A stretch of DNA of 64,000 bases from the human T2T-CHM13v2.0 reference genome, Homo sapiens. The position numbers were made by a program, and so were the translations under genes. The DNA lies in assembly GCF_009914755.1 (NCBI RefSeq), contig NC_060926.1. One strand, written 5' to 3'. Below are positions 11,711 through 28,099 of this stretch, piece by piece (position 1 is the stretch's first letter; every line of letters starts with the position of its first letter). The notes below the pieces were generated by a model, which searched no databases, was not told where the DNA came from, and worked only from the letters and a program-made list of their open reading frames with translations.

Positions 11711-14700
11711 CATTATTTCTTTAAATATTTTTCCAGCCTCACCTTTCCTTGCTTCTGGGATTCCAATGACACAAATGTTAAATATTTTGTTACAGTCCAA
11801 TAGAACTCTGAGGCTCTGTTCATTTCTTTAGTCTATGTATTTTTCTTTGTTGTTCAGATGGGATAAGTTCTATGGTTCTATCTCCAAGTTCACTGACTCT
11901 CCTCTAGCATCTCTATTCTGCTGTTGAGCCCATCCATTGAGATCGTTTTTATTTCTGTTATTTTATTTTTAGCTCTAAATGTTCATTTGTTTACTCTTTA
12001 TATCTTCTATTTCTTGATGAAATTTTCATTTCTTTGCTGAGGCTATCCATTTTTTCATTTGTTTTGAGTTTGCAATTTCTGGCTGAAGCATTTTCATAAT
12101 AGCTGCTTTGCAATATCTCTTTTAAAATTCTAACATCTTAGTCATTTCAGTACTTATGTCTATTGATTACCTTTTTTCATTTAGTTTAAGAATTTTCTCA
12201 TTCTTAATATAACAAGTGATGTTTTATTAAAACCTGGACATTTTAGGTATTATAAGACTCTGAATCTTCTTTAAATCTTGTGTTTTAGCAGTGTTCTCCA
12301 TTTAAGTCCTTGGTGGTAGGACTTATTCAGCAATGCCAAGTGGGGGTGAAATTCCAGCTTCTTCATTCGGCCTCACTGATACCCAGGGGTGGAAGAATTC
12401 CTGGTTACTTTGGGAAGGGGTGGGAGTTCATGGCCCCCACCAGGTCTCTGTCTTAAGGGGTGAGAGCACCTCATTACTGCTCCCCACATGTCATCACTAT
12501 CAACATGGAGATGGGGTTGGCCTTGTTACCCTGGGTGAAGGTCAAAATCCTGACTCTCCATTAGGCTTCCTCTGAGACCATCCCAACCGGGAGGCCAGGG
12601 GGATCTCAATGCAAGCACACAATGGTGAAAACTCCAGATTTCAACTTGGTCTCCTCTACACCCTCCCACGGGGTGTTGAGTGCTTCATTACAACCTGGCG
12701 AGGGCAGAAGTCCAGGTTCACCACTCGGCCTTTATTGGCAAAGGGGGTGGGGGACAAGGTTTTTTCTGAGATGTTTGAATGGAAGAGAGCATTATTATAT
12801 AAAAGTTTCCTGTCCTGCTAGGCTGTTGCTTTTCTGGTTCTTTCAGTGGTAAGAGCAGGCTTTACTAGGGGGCTATTTTTGTCAATGGTCATTGGCGTTT
12901 CTGAGTTGCTGGCTATTTCAGCTAAAAGTCTGGGATATATTAAGCAAAATAAAATTCGGGGGACTCATCACCATGTTGTTCCTTGGATCCCAGGGTCCTT
13001 AGCTTGTCTGCCTTCTTCTCTCTACCTTTCACAGCCTCCTTATATTTGTTTATATATAATATCTGGAGTTTTGTGTTTAGGGTTTTTTTTTTTTTTTGCA
13101 TTTAGCAAGAAGAAGAGAAAAATAGATATATATACCATCTTCAAGGAAGCAGAAGTCTCTCCAAAGAGTTTTATGCAAAACTATGGTTTTCTTTAAATAC
13201 AGAGTTTTATACTTTATACCAAAAAGTAATTCAGATGGCTTCATAAGTTTCAACCAAATAATAAAATAACAAGGTATATATTTGTTATTTGGTTGAAATT
13301 TGTAAACATAAATCTGCATCTCTCTTTATCATCTGGAAAGGAAAAATAAGCAGCAGCTAGGGTTGAAAAATCATGTACAACTAAAAGTCCATGATGCTCT
13401 AGACATGCCCTAGGTGGGCTACAGATCTTGTTTTTAGTTGTCTTCCAGCCATTGCAAAAGTGAGATAGATTTCATTAGCTCTCACCTTTGATCTCAGGGT
13501 ATTTATAAACCAAATACAACTCTCCCCTTTAAGTTGGAAGGGATATCAGGAATATCTTGATATTCTCCAGACTCAGGCCCCCAGCACCTTCGCTAAGGTG
13601 TGGGCAAGATACTGCAGAACACACTTTCAAGTATTCATGGAACATTTACCGAGAAAGACTTACACAGGGCTTTAAAATAAATCGTAATGTATTTGAAAGT
13701 AATGAAATTGTACAGAGTATATTCTCTGACACAATGAAAATACATTCAAAATCAATGACATGTAAATATCAAGAAAAAGTTCCAGTGTTTGGACATTAAA
13801 CAATACACTTTTATATAGCCAAGATACAAAGAAGAAATCACAAAAGAAATTAGAAAGCATTTCAATACTGAATGATAGTGTCAAGAAGACATATCTATAT
13901 TTTAGAAATACTGCTCAAACAGTGCTTATAGGAAAATGCATAACTTTAAATGTCTATATTAAAAAGGAAAAAAGTCTTAAAAGGCTACACATGATATGAT
14001 TCCATTTACACAACATTCTGGAAAAGGCAAAACTATAGCAATGGAAAATAGATCAGTGATTACCAGCAGTTTACGGGGAGGAATAGATGACTAGCTAAAG
14101 AAAGAGAGTTTTATGACTATGAAACTATTCTGTATGATACTATAAAGGTGAATACATGACCCTGTGTTTAAGCCAAAACCCATAGAGCTTTAAAGCACAA
14201 ATAATTAACCTCCATAGATATGAATAAAATACTAATTAGGAAGTCAGGAAATTTCAGGATGAAATATAGACTATGACAAAATAATCTTACTGCATCATCG
14301 GTGTATGACATATCTCATTGCAGCAGGGATGTGCTGATCTAACTAGCTTTTTAAATGAGTGAAGCCTGCAAGACTAAAGACATAAGGAAATATACAAAGC
14401 ACTGCACTCTAGTGGGTAAAGTTGTGTCTCACAGGGACATTAGTTGACAATCCTGAAACCATTATACGTGTATACTGGTACTGAGTAAATGGATGGCAGA
14501 TGGTAGGGGCTAGTTTTTTCACTGCTGGAGTGGGACATTACAGATAAGCCAGGTGAGAGAGCAAGAATGAGCCAAGTAAAAATGTGTTAGAGCTGGAGAT
14601 GTCAAAATGAACTCAAGTGTAATTTAATATAGATATAGATGGATGGATATAGAAATACTTCTGTAAATGTGTATATACACAGGTTAGAAGACACACATAT

Positions 14701-15720
14701 ATTTCCTTTCTCTGTTAGCAAAGAGGGCCTAGAGGCACAATACCCCAGCACCAGCAAGCATACATCATACATGTATTTTTGTTTCTAACACCATTCCTCT
14801 GTAAAAGGAGCCAGGGATCCCTGGAGAAATGGCTGAGTCTAGGTCTAAGGCAGGACTCATCTGTGTAAGATGAGCCTTGAGAATATTATAGTATCAGAGA
14901 GTAAGGAAGTGTAAAAATTAAATAAAAATAAAGTAAAATTTTAAGTCAGCAAAAACACCACACACATGAAATGATGAGGGTATGTCACAGAAGCCCAGGT
15001 GCTCCCAATAGACAAAGATGGTACAAACTGACCAACACAATAAATCATATAGTCATTTATAACCCAAATGATACAGCTTATAACCTAAAGCATCAAACAA
15101 ATAACCATGCATCCATACTGATATAAATAAATGACTGAGTACATAGATAGGGGACATTGAAAAATCTCCCATTCAGAATAATTCCAAATAATTTATGTAG
15201 TTACAGACTCCTCCTCAAGAAGATGGAGCACAAGTCCCCAGCCCTCAAGGGTATGGTCCACACAGTGAGCACCTTCTAAAGAGTACAGGATGGGCAGGAG
15301 GGAAAGAACAGCACTGCAGTGGGAAAACCTGACTCTGGCAAACACCTGCTCAGCCCGGCGATGGAGATTGACATCAAGACGAGAAGCCATGCTGACAGCA
15401 TATGCCTCGAGGCCACGTGATGGGAACTACACTTGAATGCTGTGATCTTCCTCCTGGAAGCCCATAATCTCAGTCACACCATCAAAAACACATTAGATAA
15501 ACCCCAGTTGAGGGGCATACCACAAAATACCTGACCAGTACCCCTCAAAACTGTCAAAGTCATCTAAAACAACATTAAGTCGAATGAGCTGTCACAGTCC
15601 AGAGGAGACTAAGGAGACTCAGTGGAATGTGGGATACATCATGGGATTCTAAGAAAGGTAATGGACAGTAAATAAAAACTAAGGAAATAGGAATAAAGTA
15701 TGAACTTTTGTTAATAACGT

Positions 15721-16017
<297 letters not shown>

Positions 16018-18228
16018 TTAATTAATATTGGTCAAAGTTGTATCAAATGTGTCATAGTAATGTAAGATCTCAAGAACAGGCAAAACTGGTTGCAGGGTAT
16101 ACTAGAAATCTCTGCACTATCTTTGCAACTCTTCTGTAAGCCTAATACTTTTATAAAATAAAAAGAATTTTTTTAAAAAAGGTATAGCTAATATCAATTA
16201 TCTAAGTTTCTACCTTAAGAAACTAGCAGAAAGAAGACTGACAGCACAAACTAAGGAGAAGAAAAACCGTAAAGATAGGAACAGAAATAAATGGAATGGA
16301 AAGCCAAATATACAGAGAATTAAAAGTGCACCTGTTGGAAAGATTAGTAAAATTGACAAATACTAATCTAGAAAATCAGGAACAAAAGCACAAAGTAACC
16401 ACATCATTAACAAATTGCATGATATCACATCATAAACCATAGATGCTAAAAGGACAATAAGGTAATTTTTGAGCAACTGTATGTAAGTAATTTTGATAAC
16501 TAAACCAAATAGGTAACTCTTTGGAAAACTCTATCTACCAAAACTTAGCAAAGAGAATATCTGAATCTTTATCTATTAGTGAAATTAATTCAAAAAATGA
16601 CTTCTCACAAAGAAAATTAAGGCCCAGTTGGTAAATTCTATTAAACATTTAAGGAAGAATTAATATCAGTATTATGCAAACTCTTTCAGAAAATACAGGA
16701 ATAAGGGAAGCCTTTCAACTCACTTTGATACCACTATAATACTGGCACAGAAACTGGGCAAAATCCTTATGAGAAAAGAAAGCATAACCCATTATCTCTC
16801 ATAAACATAAGTTCAAAAATACACTATAAAAGATTAAGAAATCTAATACATTGTATCATGATCGAATGGAGTCAATCCTACAAAAGTAAGGTTAGTTCAC
16901 AATTCAAGAATAAAATCAATCGCTGCCACTCACTACTTTAAAAGAATAAAGGATAGTTTATCATATCCTACTTGACCTCAATAAATACTGGAAAACCATT
17001 TGATAAAATTCAACAGCTTTGTTTTGATAAAAAATTTTCACCAAATTAAGAATGAAAGAATACTTTCTAACCCTGATAAAGGGCACCTAAAATAAATAAT
17101 AAATTTATCTTTACAGCTAAAATTATACTTAAAGATGAGACACTGAATGCTATCCCCTGAAGACTGGGAGCAGAACAAGAATGTTCCCTCAACACTTCTA
17201 TTTAACACTGTTACTCGAGGTCCTAGCCCATATAAAAAGACAGTAAAAACAAAGCTATAGAGATCAGAAATGAAGAAGTAAAAACGCCTGTATTTGCAGA
17301 TGAAATGTTTGTCTATGTGTAAAATTCAGTCTACAAAAATCTTGCCTGCACTAATTTACAAGGTCACAGGTGTTTAACAAGGTTACATGTATTTAATAAT
17401 GTCACAAGCAAAAAAATTAGTATGTATGTACTTCTATATATTTGCATAAAACAACTGGAAAACTAAATTTAGAAACAATATCATTAACAAAATATTGAAA
17501 TGTATAGAAATAGGTTTATCACAAGATGCATAAAACCTGTACACTCAAAACTACATAATATTATCGAGATAAATGAAAAAGGATATAAATAAATGGAGAG
17601 GTAATCTGTGTCCAGGGATTGGAATACTGAATTTTGTTACAATGCTCACCCCCTCCAAATTTATTTATAGATTCAATGAAATCCAATCAAAATGCCAGCA
17701 GATTTTTAAGGAAATTGACAAAATGATTCCACATATTATATGGAAGTGCAAAGAACCTAAAATTGCCAAAACAACTGTGAAAAAGAAAAAAATTAGAAAT
17801 TACACTATTTGATTTTAAGACTTACTATGAAGCTGCTATAATTAACACAGTGTGGTTTGGCCCTAAGAAAAGATATAGAAATCAATAAAACAAAACAGAA
17901 AGTTTAGATATATATCCAGTCATGGTCACTGGTTTTTTATAAAGGTGTTGAACTATCTCAATGAGGACAATATACTCTTCAAAACAAGCAGTGCTAGGAC
18001 AATGGAGCTGGACCCCAGCCTTGGACAATACACCAATATCATCTTGAAATGACCCAAAGACCTCAACGTAACTGCTAACATTGTAAAACGTCTCAAACAA
18101 AATGTAGAGGAAATATCTTTGTGACTTAGAGTATGCAGTTTTATTAGAAAGACCTGTGGTTTGATAGCACAATGGGGTGACTATAGTCAATAACTTAATT
18201 GTACATTTTAAAATAACTTAAAGAGTAT

Positions 18229-18310
18229 ACATATGTAACAAACCTGCACATTGTGCACATGTACCCTAAAACTTAAAGTATAATAATAATAAAAAAAAGA
18301 AAAGAAAAAA
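18229..18310 (+). mobile_element. Extremely 5'-truncated L1PA 3' tip inserted in an L1MA 3' end
   Basis: 'catatgtaacaaacctgcacattgtgcacatgtaccctaaaacttaaagtataat' + A-tail, flanked by aaagagt(a/g)ta repeats. Confidence 0.8.
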
Positions 18311-18367
18311 AAGAGTGTAATTGGATTGTTTGTAACTCAAAGGATAAATGTTGGAGGGAATGGATAC

Positions 18368-18695
18368 TGTATTAGTCTGTTTTCACGCTGCTATAAACAA
18401 CCACCTGAGACTTGGTAACTTAGAAAGAAAGAGGTTTAATTCACTCACAGTTCCACATGGCTGAGGAGGCCTCAGGAATCTTACAATCATTGCAGAAGGC
18501 GAAGGGGAAGCAAGGCACATCTTACATGGCAGCAGGAGCGAGAGGGGAGCCACCACACCCACACACTTTTAAACCATCAGATCTTGTGAGAACACAGTAT
18601 CATGAGAAGAGCTTGGGGGGAACCACCTCCATGATGCAATCACCTCCCACCAGGTTCCTCCCTCAACATGTGGGGATTACAGTTTGAGATGAGAC
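18368..18695 (-). mobile_element. MST-type MaLR LTR (one end truncated)
   Basis: 'tgtattagtctgttttcacgctgctataaa...ctcacagttccacatggctgaggaggcctcagg'. Confidence 0.85.
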
Positions 18696-18817
18696 ACCCT
18701 ATTCTCCATGATGTGCTTATTTCACGTTACATACCTGTATCAAGACATTTCATGTAACCCATAAATACATACACCTACTATGTATCCACAAAAATTAAAA
18801 ATAAAAATAAAATTTAA

Positions 18818-19136
<319 letters not shown>

Positions 19137-19889
19137 TTAAATAAAAAAGATGTATTATATATGACACAAAAAGCACGAACCATAAAATAATAATATTGAT
19201 AAATTTAGTCTTCATCAAAATTAAAACCTGGCCTTCAAAAGACAGTGAAGAAAACTAAAAGGGAAGACACAGACTGGGGGAACACTTTTACAGCACTTGT
19301 GGAGGTACAAGCTGATGGGAAGCCCCTTATAAAGGTCTACACACTTACACCCCCAAGATGGGGAAAAGCCACTCTTCAGTATTTACTCAAGAGATCTGGA
19401 GGCATGAGCGTTCACACAAAGACTTACATTCGAGTGTTCATCACAGCTTCATTCATATAGCCAAAAACTCAGAAGAACCTAAATGACTATCAACAGATGA
19501 ATGGTCAAATAAATTGAGATGTGCATAGGATAGAATACTACTCAGCAATAAAAAGAGAACAAACTACTGATACACCTAATAACATTGATTAATCTCACAG
19601 ACATTTCGCTGGGTGAAAAAAGCCAGACTCCAACAAGTCCATAGTGTTTGATGCCACTTACCCGAAATTCAAGAAAAGCCAAAGCTAAGCTGTGGGGACA
19701 GATCAGAGGTTGTTTGGAGATAGGGGCTGAAGGATGACCAAAGATGGGCACAAGGGAACTTTCAGAGGAGTTGGAAATGAGAGGAAATGCTTCATATGTT
19801 AATTGTGGTGACAAGTACATGGACATGTATGTATTACAAAAATCATACATATGAACATATAAAAATGTAAATTTTACAGTATGCATATA

Positions 19890-20290
19890 TTATAGATTTA
19901 ATTGCATCTCCCTGAAACTCATATGCTGAAGTCTTAATCCCCAGGACCTCAGAATATGACCTAATTTGGAAACAGGGCCATTACATATACAGTTAGTTTA
20001 GATGAGGTCATACTGGAGTTGGGTGGGCCCCTATCGCCAATGTTATGATAAAAAGAACACCGCGTGAAGAGAAAGAGATAGTGCAGACAGAATTAAGGTG
20101 AGGACACAGGGAGAAGAGAGCCATCTACAAGCCCAGAAGAGGGCCAAGCACAACCTTCCCTCAGTCCTCAGAAGGAAGCAACCCTGCTGGTTGGCTGATC
20201 CATTCCAGCCCCCAGACTATCAGAAAGTTTCAGTTCCTCAGGCCACCAAGTCTGCAGCACTTTGATATGGAACGCTAGCAGACAAATAGG
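19890..20290 (+). mobile_element. MaLR LTR (MLT1A/B-like)
   Basis: 'ctcatatgctgaagtcttaatccccaggacctcagaatatgacctaatttggaaacagggcc...gatgaggtcatactggag'. Confidence 0.75.
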
Positions 20291-20443
20291 GCATATTATT
20301 CCCTGAGAAAGTTGATTAGGAAAACTAAGGACATTCTGTGGAAACTAAAATAATGCTTAGCAGTTCTTGATGTCATGTTTAACCCACTCAAATTTTAAAG
20401 TGTTACAGTTGTTGCAAAATCAGTGTCTAAAGTCTGGAGAAAG

Positions 20444-20839
<396 letters not shown>

Positions 20840-21445
20840 CTAAGCATGTAAGCCTAGGTGGCCACACCTTAGAGCATCTCGAGTGAAGCCAAAAGCCCAG
20901 CTTTTGAGTGAAATCTGCTAATAATTAAATGCCATCAATGAATTGAGGAGGATTTTGGTGAGTATTTTGGTTGCATACCACAAGGGACCAAGAGCAGGAT
21001 TCTGCAGGGGGCTGCCAGTCTGCAGCTCTGCTCTAACGGAGTGGGCCTGACATCTGACCCTAGGCAGGTGGCCACACAGATCCTTCCCTCCTAGGCGGCT
21101 GCCAGTCCTGAGCACCTGTGAGCCATAGGCTGCGTGCCCCTAGATTCCTGGGTGGGGACGCTGTGTGTACCAGACACCAAATGCCAACACCATTTCAAAG
21201 GGCTCTTATCGTCCACTGTGGAGTGGCAGGCACCCAGTGTTGCCCTGACTACCCATGGTGCTCTGCTCCTGCAGCGGTGGGGGTCAGGAGGAAGGGGATG
21301 GGGTGTGGGTGGAGGAACTTGGAATGGGTGCATCCTGCCTCTAGACCACGGGGATGGCCTTAAAGCATGTGCCCAAGCATCACACAGGCTGGCACTCAAA
21401 CGGACAGGCTTGGTCCAAGCTCAGCATCACCATCCTGTTGAGGTA

Positions 21446-21734
21446 TTTTATTAGACAGAGTTTCACTGTATTCCCCAGATTGGAGGGCAGTGGCCCCATC
21501 TCAGCTCACTGAAGCCACAACCTCCCTGGGCTCCTGATCTTCCCACCTAAGCTCCCTGATTAGCTGGGACCACAGGCACCTGCCACCACATCTGGCTAAT
21601 TTTTGTATATTTTTTTAGAGACAGTGTCTCTCTATGTTGCCCAGGCTGGTCTCAGAACTCCTGAGCTCAACACATCTGCCTGTCTTGGCCTCCCAAAGCA
21701 CTGGGATTACAGGCATGAGCCACTACTACCGGCC
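21446..21734 (-). mobile_element. AluJ-like element
   Basis: Reverse Alu, diverged; 'ctatgttgcccaggctggtctc', 'ctcctgagctcaa'. Confidence 0.9.
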
Positions 21735-22286
21735 TGAATTTATTAATAATGTTTTGCCAAGGAACCCGCATGAGCTAGCCGAGTCCTGAGACTGCCAGGG
21801 TCCACACACCCTTCCCGGGTGAGGTGTTGGCTCGGTGGGCCTGTGCACCAGGTGGGCAGGACCCCAGTGGCTGCCCCATCATCCCAGCCTCCGCTCAGTC
21901 TTCCCTAGGACCTGGGGTCCCCAGGTAGGGTGGCCTCATTCTTTTCTTTTCAGATATGCTCACCACAGGTCTTTTCTTCCCTACTCATCACAGGCACCTT
22001 AATCTCAGGGTGGGCCCCCAGCATCTAGGGGGCACATGCTCATCTTTGACAGTGGCTGGGATCCCAGCCACCCAGTGCTGGGGCCTGCAGGTGACTCAGC
22101 AAGAAGGCAGCATCCTGGCTTCTGGAGGCAGCGCCTCCCCAGGCTTGTGTTCTGACACTTATAAATCTCTGAGCCAACTGAGTGAAGGAAGGAACCGGCT
22201 GAGAATGGAAGTGAATGGCTTTGGTCTCAGAGGCTGTTACCAGCAATGGGAAAAAGAGAAGAAACTTCTTGCAGTAAAAATTTCCT

Positions 22287-22582
<296 letters not shown>

Positions 22583-23553
22583 TCCTTATGTTTTACAGAA
22601 ACAAATTCAGAATTACAACAAATCAATTATACAAACTAAAAAAATGAATACCTAATTAACCCAATAACTATCTATATATACTTCACAGGGAAATAATAGT
22701 TTAAGCTATTTCACCATTGTGAATATTATAACATAATGAAATTAAAAATTCCAGACTGTAGTGCTAGGAATTTACCCCATGGATGTAGTCACAACAGGAT
22801 TTCAAGAAAGTTCATTGCAATATTTACTGGGTGGAAAAAAAAGAAAGGAACAAATTAAAAGTCCATACGCCCATCATGGAAGATCATGCAGCTTTAAGAT
22901 TTAAGAAGATCTAAAGGAAAAGGACAGTTTGATGATGTGATAATTTGCACACACACACATTACATACACTTATAAACTCACACACACACGCACACACACA
23001 AGTTCTAGAAGGAATGGCTAACAGTAGTAGATTCACAAGGGTGACTGGGTCTCTGGGAAGTAGTCTTATTTTCTAGTGAGTACACGCTTGTCTCCCATTT
23101 GGACGTATTCTATGCATGTGCAGATGTTATTCTGAAGGTAAAAGCGAGGTGACAATGAGATGGTAGGTCTGGCAGACTGTTTTGCCTTTGCTTTTGTTTT
23201 CCGTGAGCACACAGCCAGGATATGTTCCCTACCTTCCCACAGTCAGGTGTGAAGTGACACGTGCCATCAACCCCAGCCCCACTCATGACCTCCAGCTGAT
23301 GCAGATGACTGAGGTGACGTGGAAGCCATGCACGTCCAAGGGAAAGAACTTGCATCAATGCCTAGTGGAGAGCCACCTGCTTAACATGAACATTTATTGT
23401 GGATGTTATGTGGCTAAGAAACAAGCGTCTGCTGGGGATTTTTGAGATTTCTGAATTTGTTCTGTTATACCAATAAAATCGGCTTAACTGAAATGGAAAT
23501 TTTAACTTAAAGTGGGATACTGAAGAATCCCTCACAGACTTAAAATGCATATG

Positions 23554-23911
<358 letters not shown>

Positions 23912-24739
23912 TTAGCTACAGTGCTCACTTGGAAGGCAGGTCCCATGGCTGGGGAGCCTGTGGCTCCAGAGGAAGTGTGGGAGATAGAGTACGTTGCTTT
24001 TACTTTCTGCCTTCGGCAAGTATTATAAGGAAGATATGACCTCTGGAAAGAATTGGCACGTTAGCAAGCAGAAATTAAAGGGAATACAAATGGTTCAAAA
24101 AGCTGGGAATCCAAACGTTTTAGAAAATCTGATAGGTTATACACAACCAATAATAAGAGATAAGGTTGGGGGAGGTTTGCAAAGACATTTCCCCCTTCAA
24201 CTCAGCTCCAAGACAGAGGTCAGGTGAGTGCGACTTTGATCCACATTCTTGGGTTCTGATAGACTCATGGTTCAGAGAGCAGGACAGGCATGAAGAAGTA
24301 AAACAAAATGATACAAGAAATCTGGCTTGAGAATATGCCTAGGAAGTAATTTTCACTATGTTTCGAGGCACGTAGAACTGATTAGAGACAAATAGATCAA
24401 AAACTTACTAAGTTTTTCCAATATCTACATTGTCCAAGACATTATGAACTCAGTCTGAAACCAGTTTTGAATGTTGGTGCCTTACAACCATTTTATTAGG
24501 ATTATCACGTCCCTGTTCCATCATTGGATATTGCAAAGGATTGAGGGGGATGCAAATAACTTCCCTTCGTAATTCATAAGTTGCTGGGCTTCAGGGAGCC
24601 CCACCTAGACTTGATGGAGAGCACTGCACACCTCTTCCATCCTTTCACTCAGTTGCAATAACTGGATAACCCATAGAAAATTCTTTTTTCCTGAAAATAA
24701 ATCACATTCCCTCCATCTTCAAGGGTAGAATGGATACGT

Positions 24740-25165
24740 GATAACCAGGGAGGTCGATTACATGAGCTGCTCACCTAATCCACCGTCTCGTTTTTCCTGG
24801 GCTTGGACTGGACCACATTTCAGTTAGGATTTTCTAAAATGTTTGAATCCACCTTTGCAGTTAGGAGAAGCGTAGGGTTAGTTCTAACCAATAGATCTAA
24901 CAAACTTTAAGGCTGGCTCCTAGGAAACCATCACACTGACACCCTATGTTCTGTCACCTGCTACATCTCAATGCAAATGAGCACACGGCCCTTGGAAGTG
25001 GTATGGAGCAGCAGGGTGGAAGGAGTTTCCTTCTGTGGAAGAGAGCTGCCTGCCTGTCAAGAGCACCTGTTTGGGACAGTAGAGCAACAAATTAACTTTT
25101 ATTGCATTCAGCCACTGAGTGTGGGGGTTGATATGTTACAACAGCTTATGCTACCTTAGCTGATA
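24740..25165 (+). mobile_element. Old MaLR LTR (MLT1 family); degraded MLT LTR/internal sequence probably extends upstream to ~23110
   Basis: 'attaacttttattgcattcagccactgag...atatgttacaacagcttatgctaccttagctgata' MLT1 3' motif. Confidence 0.5.
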
Positions 25166-25259
25166 GCAACACACAAATTCTGATAAAGAAGAAATGAATA
25201 ACAAGATATGGAACGGTGTACATGTGTGATACCATCTTACAAATTTTAAAAACACGTAG

Positions 25260-25624
25260 CAGATGGTCCCCAACTTATGACAGTTCAAATTAAGGATTTT
25301 TCTACTCCTCTGTGGTGCAAAAGCCATACACATTCAGTAGTAACTCTACTTCAAGTATCCATACAACCATTCTGTTTTTTACTTTTGGTACAGTATTCAA
25401 TAAGTTATGTGAGATATTCAACACTTAACTATACAACAGGTTTCATGTTAGGTGATTTTGCCCAATGGTAGGCTAATGTCAGTGTTCTGAGCATGGTTAA
25501 GGTAGGCTAGGCTGAGCTGTGATGTCTGGTAAATTAGGCATTTTAGATGCATTTTCGACATGATATTTTCAACTTATGACAGGTTTATTAGGTGATAGCT
25601 CAATTGTAAATTGAGGTGAATCTG
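25260..25624 (-). mobile_element. MER47A (Tigger-family MITE)
   Basis: Ends 'cagatggtccccaacttatga' and 'gtaaattgaggtgaatctg|ta'; internal 'aaggtaggctaggctgagct'. Confidence 0.85.
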
Positions 25625-27009
25625 TATTTGTATATTCACTGCTGAGACAAAACTATTAGCAACAAAGAAATTAGAAGAAAAATACTCCAGAGAACATAAA
25701 ATTAACTGTGACGCTGGTCCCATCTGGCACTGAGCCAAAAATAGAGTTGCATGGGAGAATAAATGAAGAGATCACAGCACAGAGAGCTTTGGGTGAGTGA
25801 ATTCAGGAGAGACAAGAACAGTAGGCACTGACGTGGTGGATATAAGATGCACACAGGGATTACTTTCAGCAAAAAGACGTTGAGTGCCCCTTGGTGATGC
25901 CTTGGTCCCACAAGCCAGCAAGCAGTGAATGAAAAGGATGGCCACCCTGGGGACTGTCTCAAATAACCAGCACCACAAATGTTACATTCTGTAAGGATAG
26001 GGATCACTGACATTGTTGTTTGGAGAACTCTGAAATTGGCCTGACTTTTACATTTTTCATCTGAATTATGGTGGAAGGTAGACACAGGCGTGCTTCTAGT
26101 TAAATAAGAAGTTAAATAGTGAGAACTATGTAAGCCAATCAAAATAAGATGCCTGACAGTTTTTAACAGAGTGCAGCACACAGTTCTGTCATTCCATCAG
26201 CATTACAAATGCTGTCATTACAAATGCACGTTGACGGTCGACGAAAAGAAACCGCTTTTAGGTCTCACAATGCCATCAGAGAGAGAGGCACTTCTTTCTT
26301 GGGGGCGGGTGTGTGATTTGAGGACAGTCTTCTCTCTTCCTCTCCTTTCCTTGACATGCTTGTCAAGGGCCATTTTCTGGTTTCAATATCTGTCAAGTTA
26401 TAAAACAGACATTTGCGGGAAATGTGTCAAAAGCAGCCGTGCATGTAAGGCAAATGCTCTTCCTCTTCTCTTGCCTCAAATACTCTTGAATCATGATGTC
26501 GTCTCCCAATTAACCCCAGCTGTTTACTGGGACTCCAGCATAAACTGGAGCTGTCAGTCCCCTCCTGTCCCTAGCAGTCAGCCTGTTCAGCAGCTGTCGT
26601 CAGCCTCCCTGCCATTTCCTGAGAGCAGGGGGTAGAGAGTGCCACAGGGTGTCATGACTGACCCTTTCAGAGGCATCTTCACCTGGACACAGAGACAGGG
26701 GACGTGTCCTCCATTTCTCATTCATCAAGACAAGTGTCAACACAAAGAGATGGCCTGTCAAGCTAAGGAAGCTTTCTGGCTCCTCTTAACGTCGTGGAGG
26801 GTGCACGGCCACTTAAATCAGCACAGAACACCCTGACAGACTAGCCACATGAACACGATTGTATGCTGTGTTTGTCCTCACTGTGTTCATGAATCAATTC
26901 CACATTGATTAACACTTAATTATCTTCTAATATTCCATATGCCTGGCTCTGTTTGTCAGTTAGCAGCTTCTTAGGAGAAGGGGACACATATCTTAGCTTT
27001 CCTGGTGGT

Positions 27010-27190
27010 GGGCATTATAAGGCAGGCAGAGTGCTTCGGTGGAAATAGACAAACCTGGGTTTGCACCTCATTTTAGAAAGTTTTCTGTGGTCGCTGGACC
27101 TCAGTTTCCTTATCCATAAAGTAGGAATAATACCGTCTAACTTTCAGTGTTAAAGTGAAGAATAAATGAGCCAATGAGTGAGACAGGGCG
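27010..27190 (+). mobile_element. MIR SINE
   Basis: 'cctcagtttccttatccataaagtaggaataatacc' MIR core. Confidence 0.7.
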
Positions 27191-27404
27191 CCCCCACATA
27201 ATAGCTTAGGGAGTTCTCCCTCATCAGGTGCTGATACTGTTTTAGAACACAGCTTCTTCACTGGTTGTTTGATGGGCAGGTGATATGCATAATACTTGGA
27301 GATCTCATGCCCGGTAACAGCTCAGAGGACCTCTTCTGTCCTAGTATAATTTTTTTTTTTAATCAGATTGACAGTGAACTCCAGGTAATTCTATATCACT
27401 ATAC

Positions 27405-27545
27405 AGCTTCCAGATTTACTTGTGCATTAGGATAACCTGGGAGCCTTTTTAAAAAATAAAATGCCCCATCCCTAGAGATTCTGGTTCAGGAAGTCCAGCG
27501 TGGGTAGCGGGCATGAATCCTCCATTAGAGAGCCCCAGGCTGGGG
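27405..27545. mobile_element. MER5A-like hAT MITE
   Basis: 'gtgcattaggataacctgggagcctttttaaaaa...tgccccatccctagagattctgg'. Confidence 0.6.
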
Positions 27546-28099
27546 GGCAGGCTGGATGCATAGGTCTATGTCCCTGACTCCAGTCCCACAGTCACTGTGG
27601 GGCTTTCAGGATTCCCCTTCCCTTCAGTGCAGGCCCGAGAGCCAGGCCCTGGGTGAGAGTGGGGTGGGAAGGGTGGTGTGCCAGGTGCAGCAAAGGGAGA
27701 AGAATGGAAGCCACACTTCCTCAGTGTGGGTGCTGCTTAGGGCATGGCACACACAGTCCCATCTCACACATCCATGCATGGTGCAATTTAGAAGTACAAG
27801 AATCTTTTTGTTGTGTTTTATCCCTACCCAGCATTACCTGTACTGGTTCTATTCCAGCTGGGTCTCTCCCATACAGCCCTTCCTCTCTCTGTTCACTGGG
27901 ATGACCTCAGTGCATGTCCCAGCCTCTCTCTCTCCCTGAGGGCGTGGGTTACACACCCCATTCAAGCTCCCTCGGTGACATGGGAGGCATGCAGGCCCAA
28001 CTCCCCTCCTTCCGTGTTCTTGGACTCACATGCATCCTCTCTAATTCAGGGCCGTGGCAACCAGTCCTCTGCTCCCTGTTTCTATAATTTGTCACTTAA

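Larger units (their letters stand above)
10255..13160 (-). mobile_element. Old L1M 5' region (5'UTR + ORF1 remnants), with Alu insertions
   Basis: Minus-strand translation '[35 protein letters not shown]' is L1 ORF1p-like; terminus 'ccatcttcaaggaagcagaagtc'. Confidence 0.75.
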
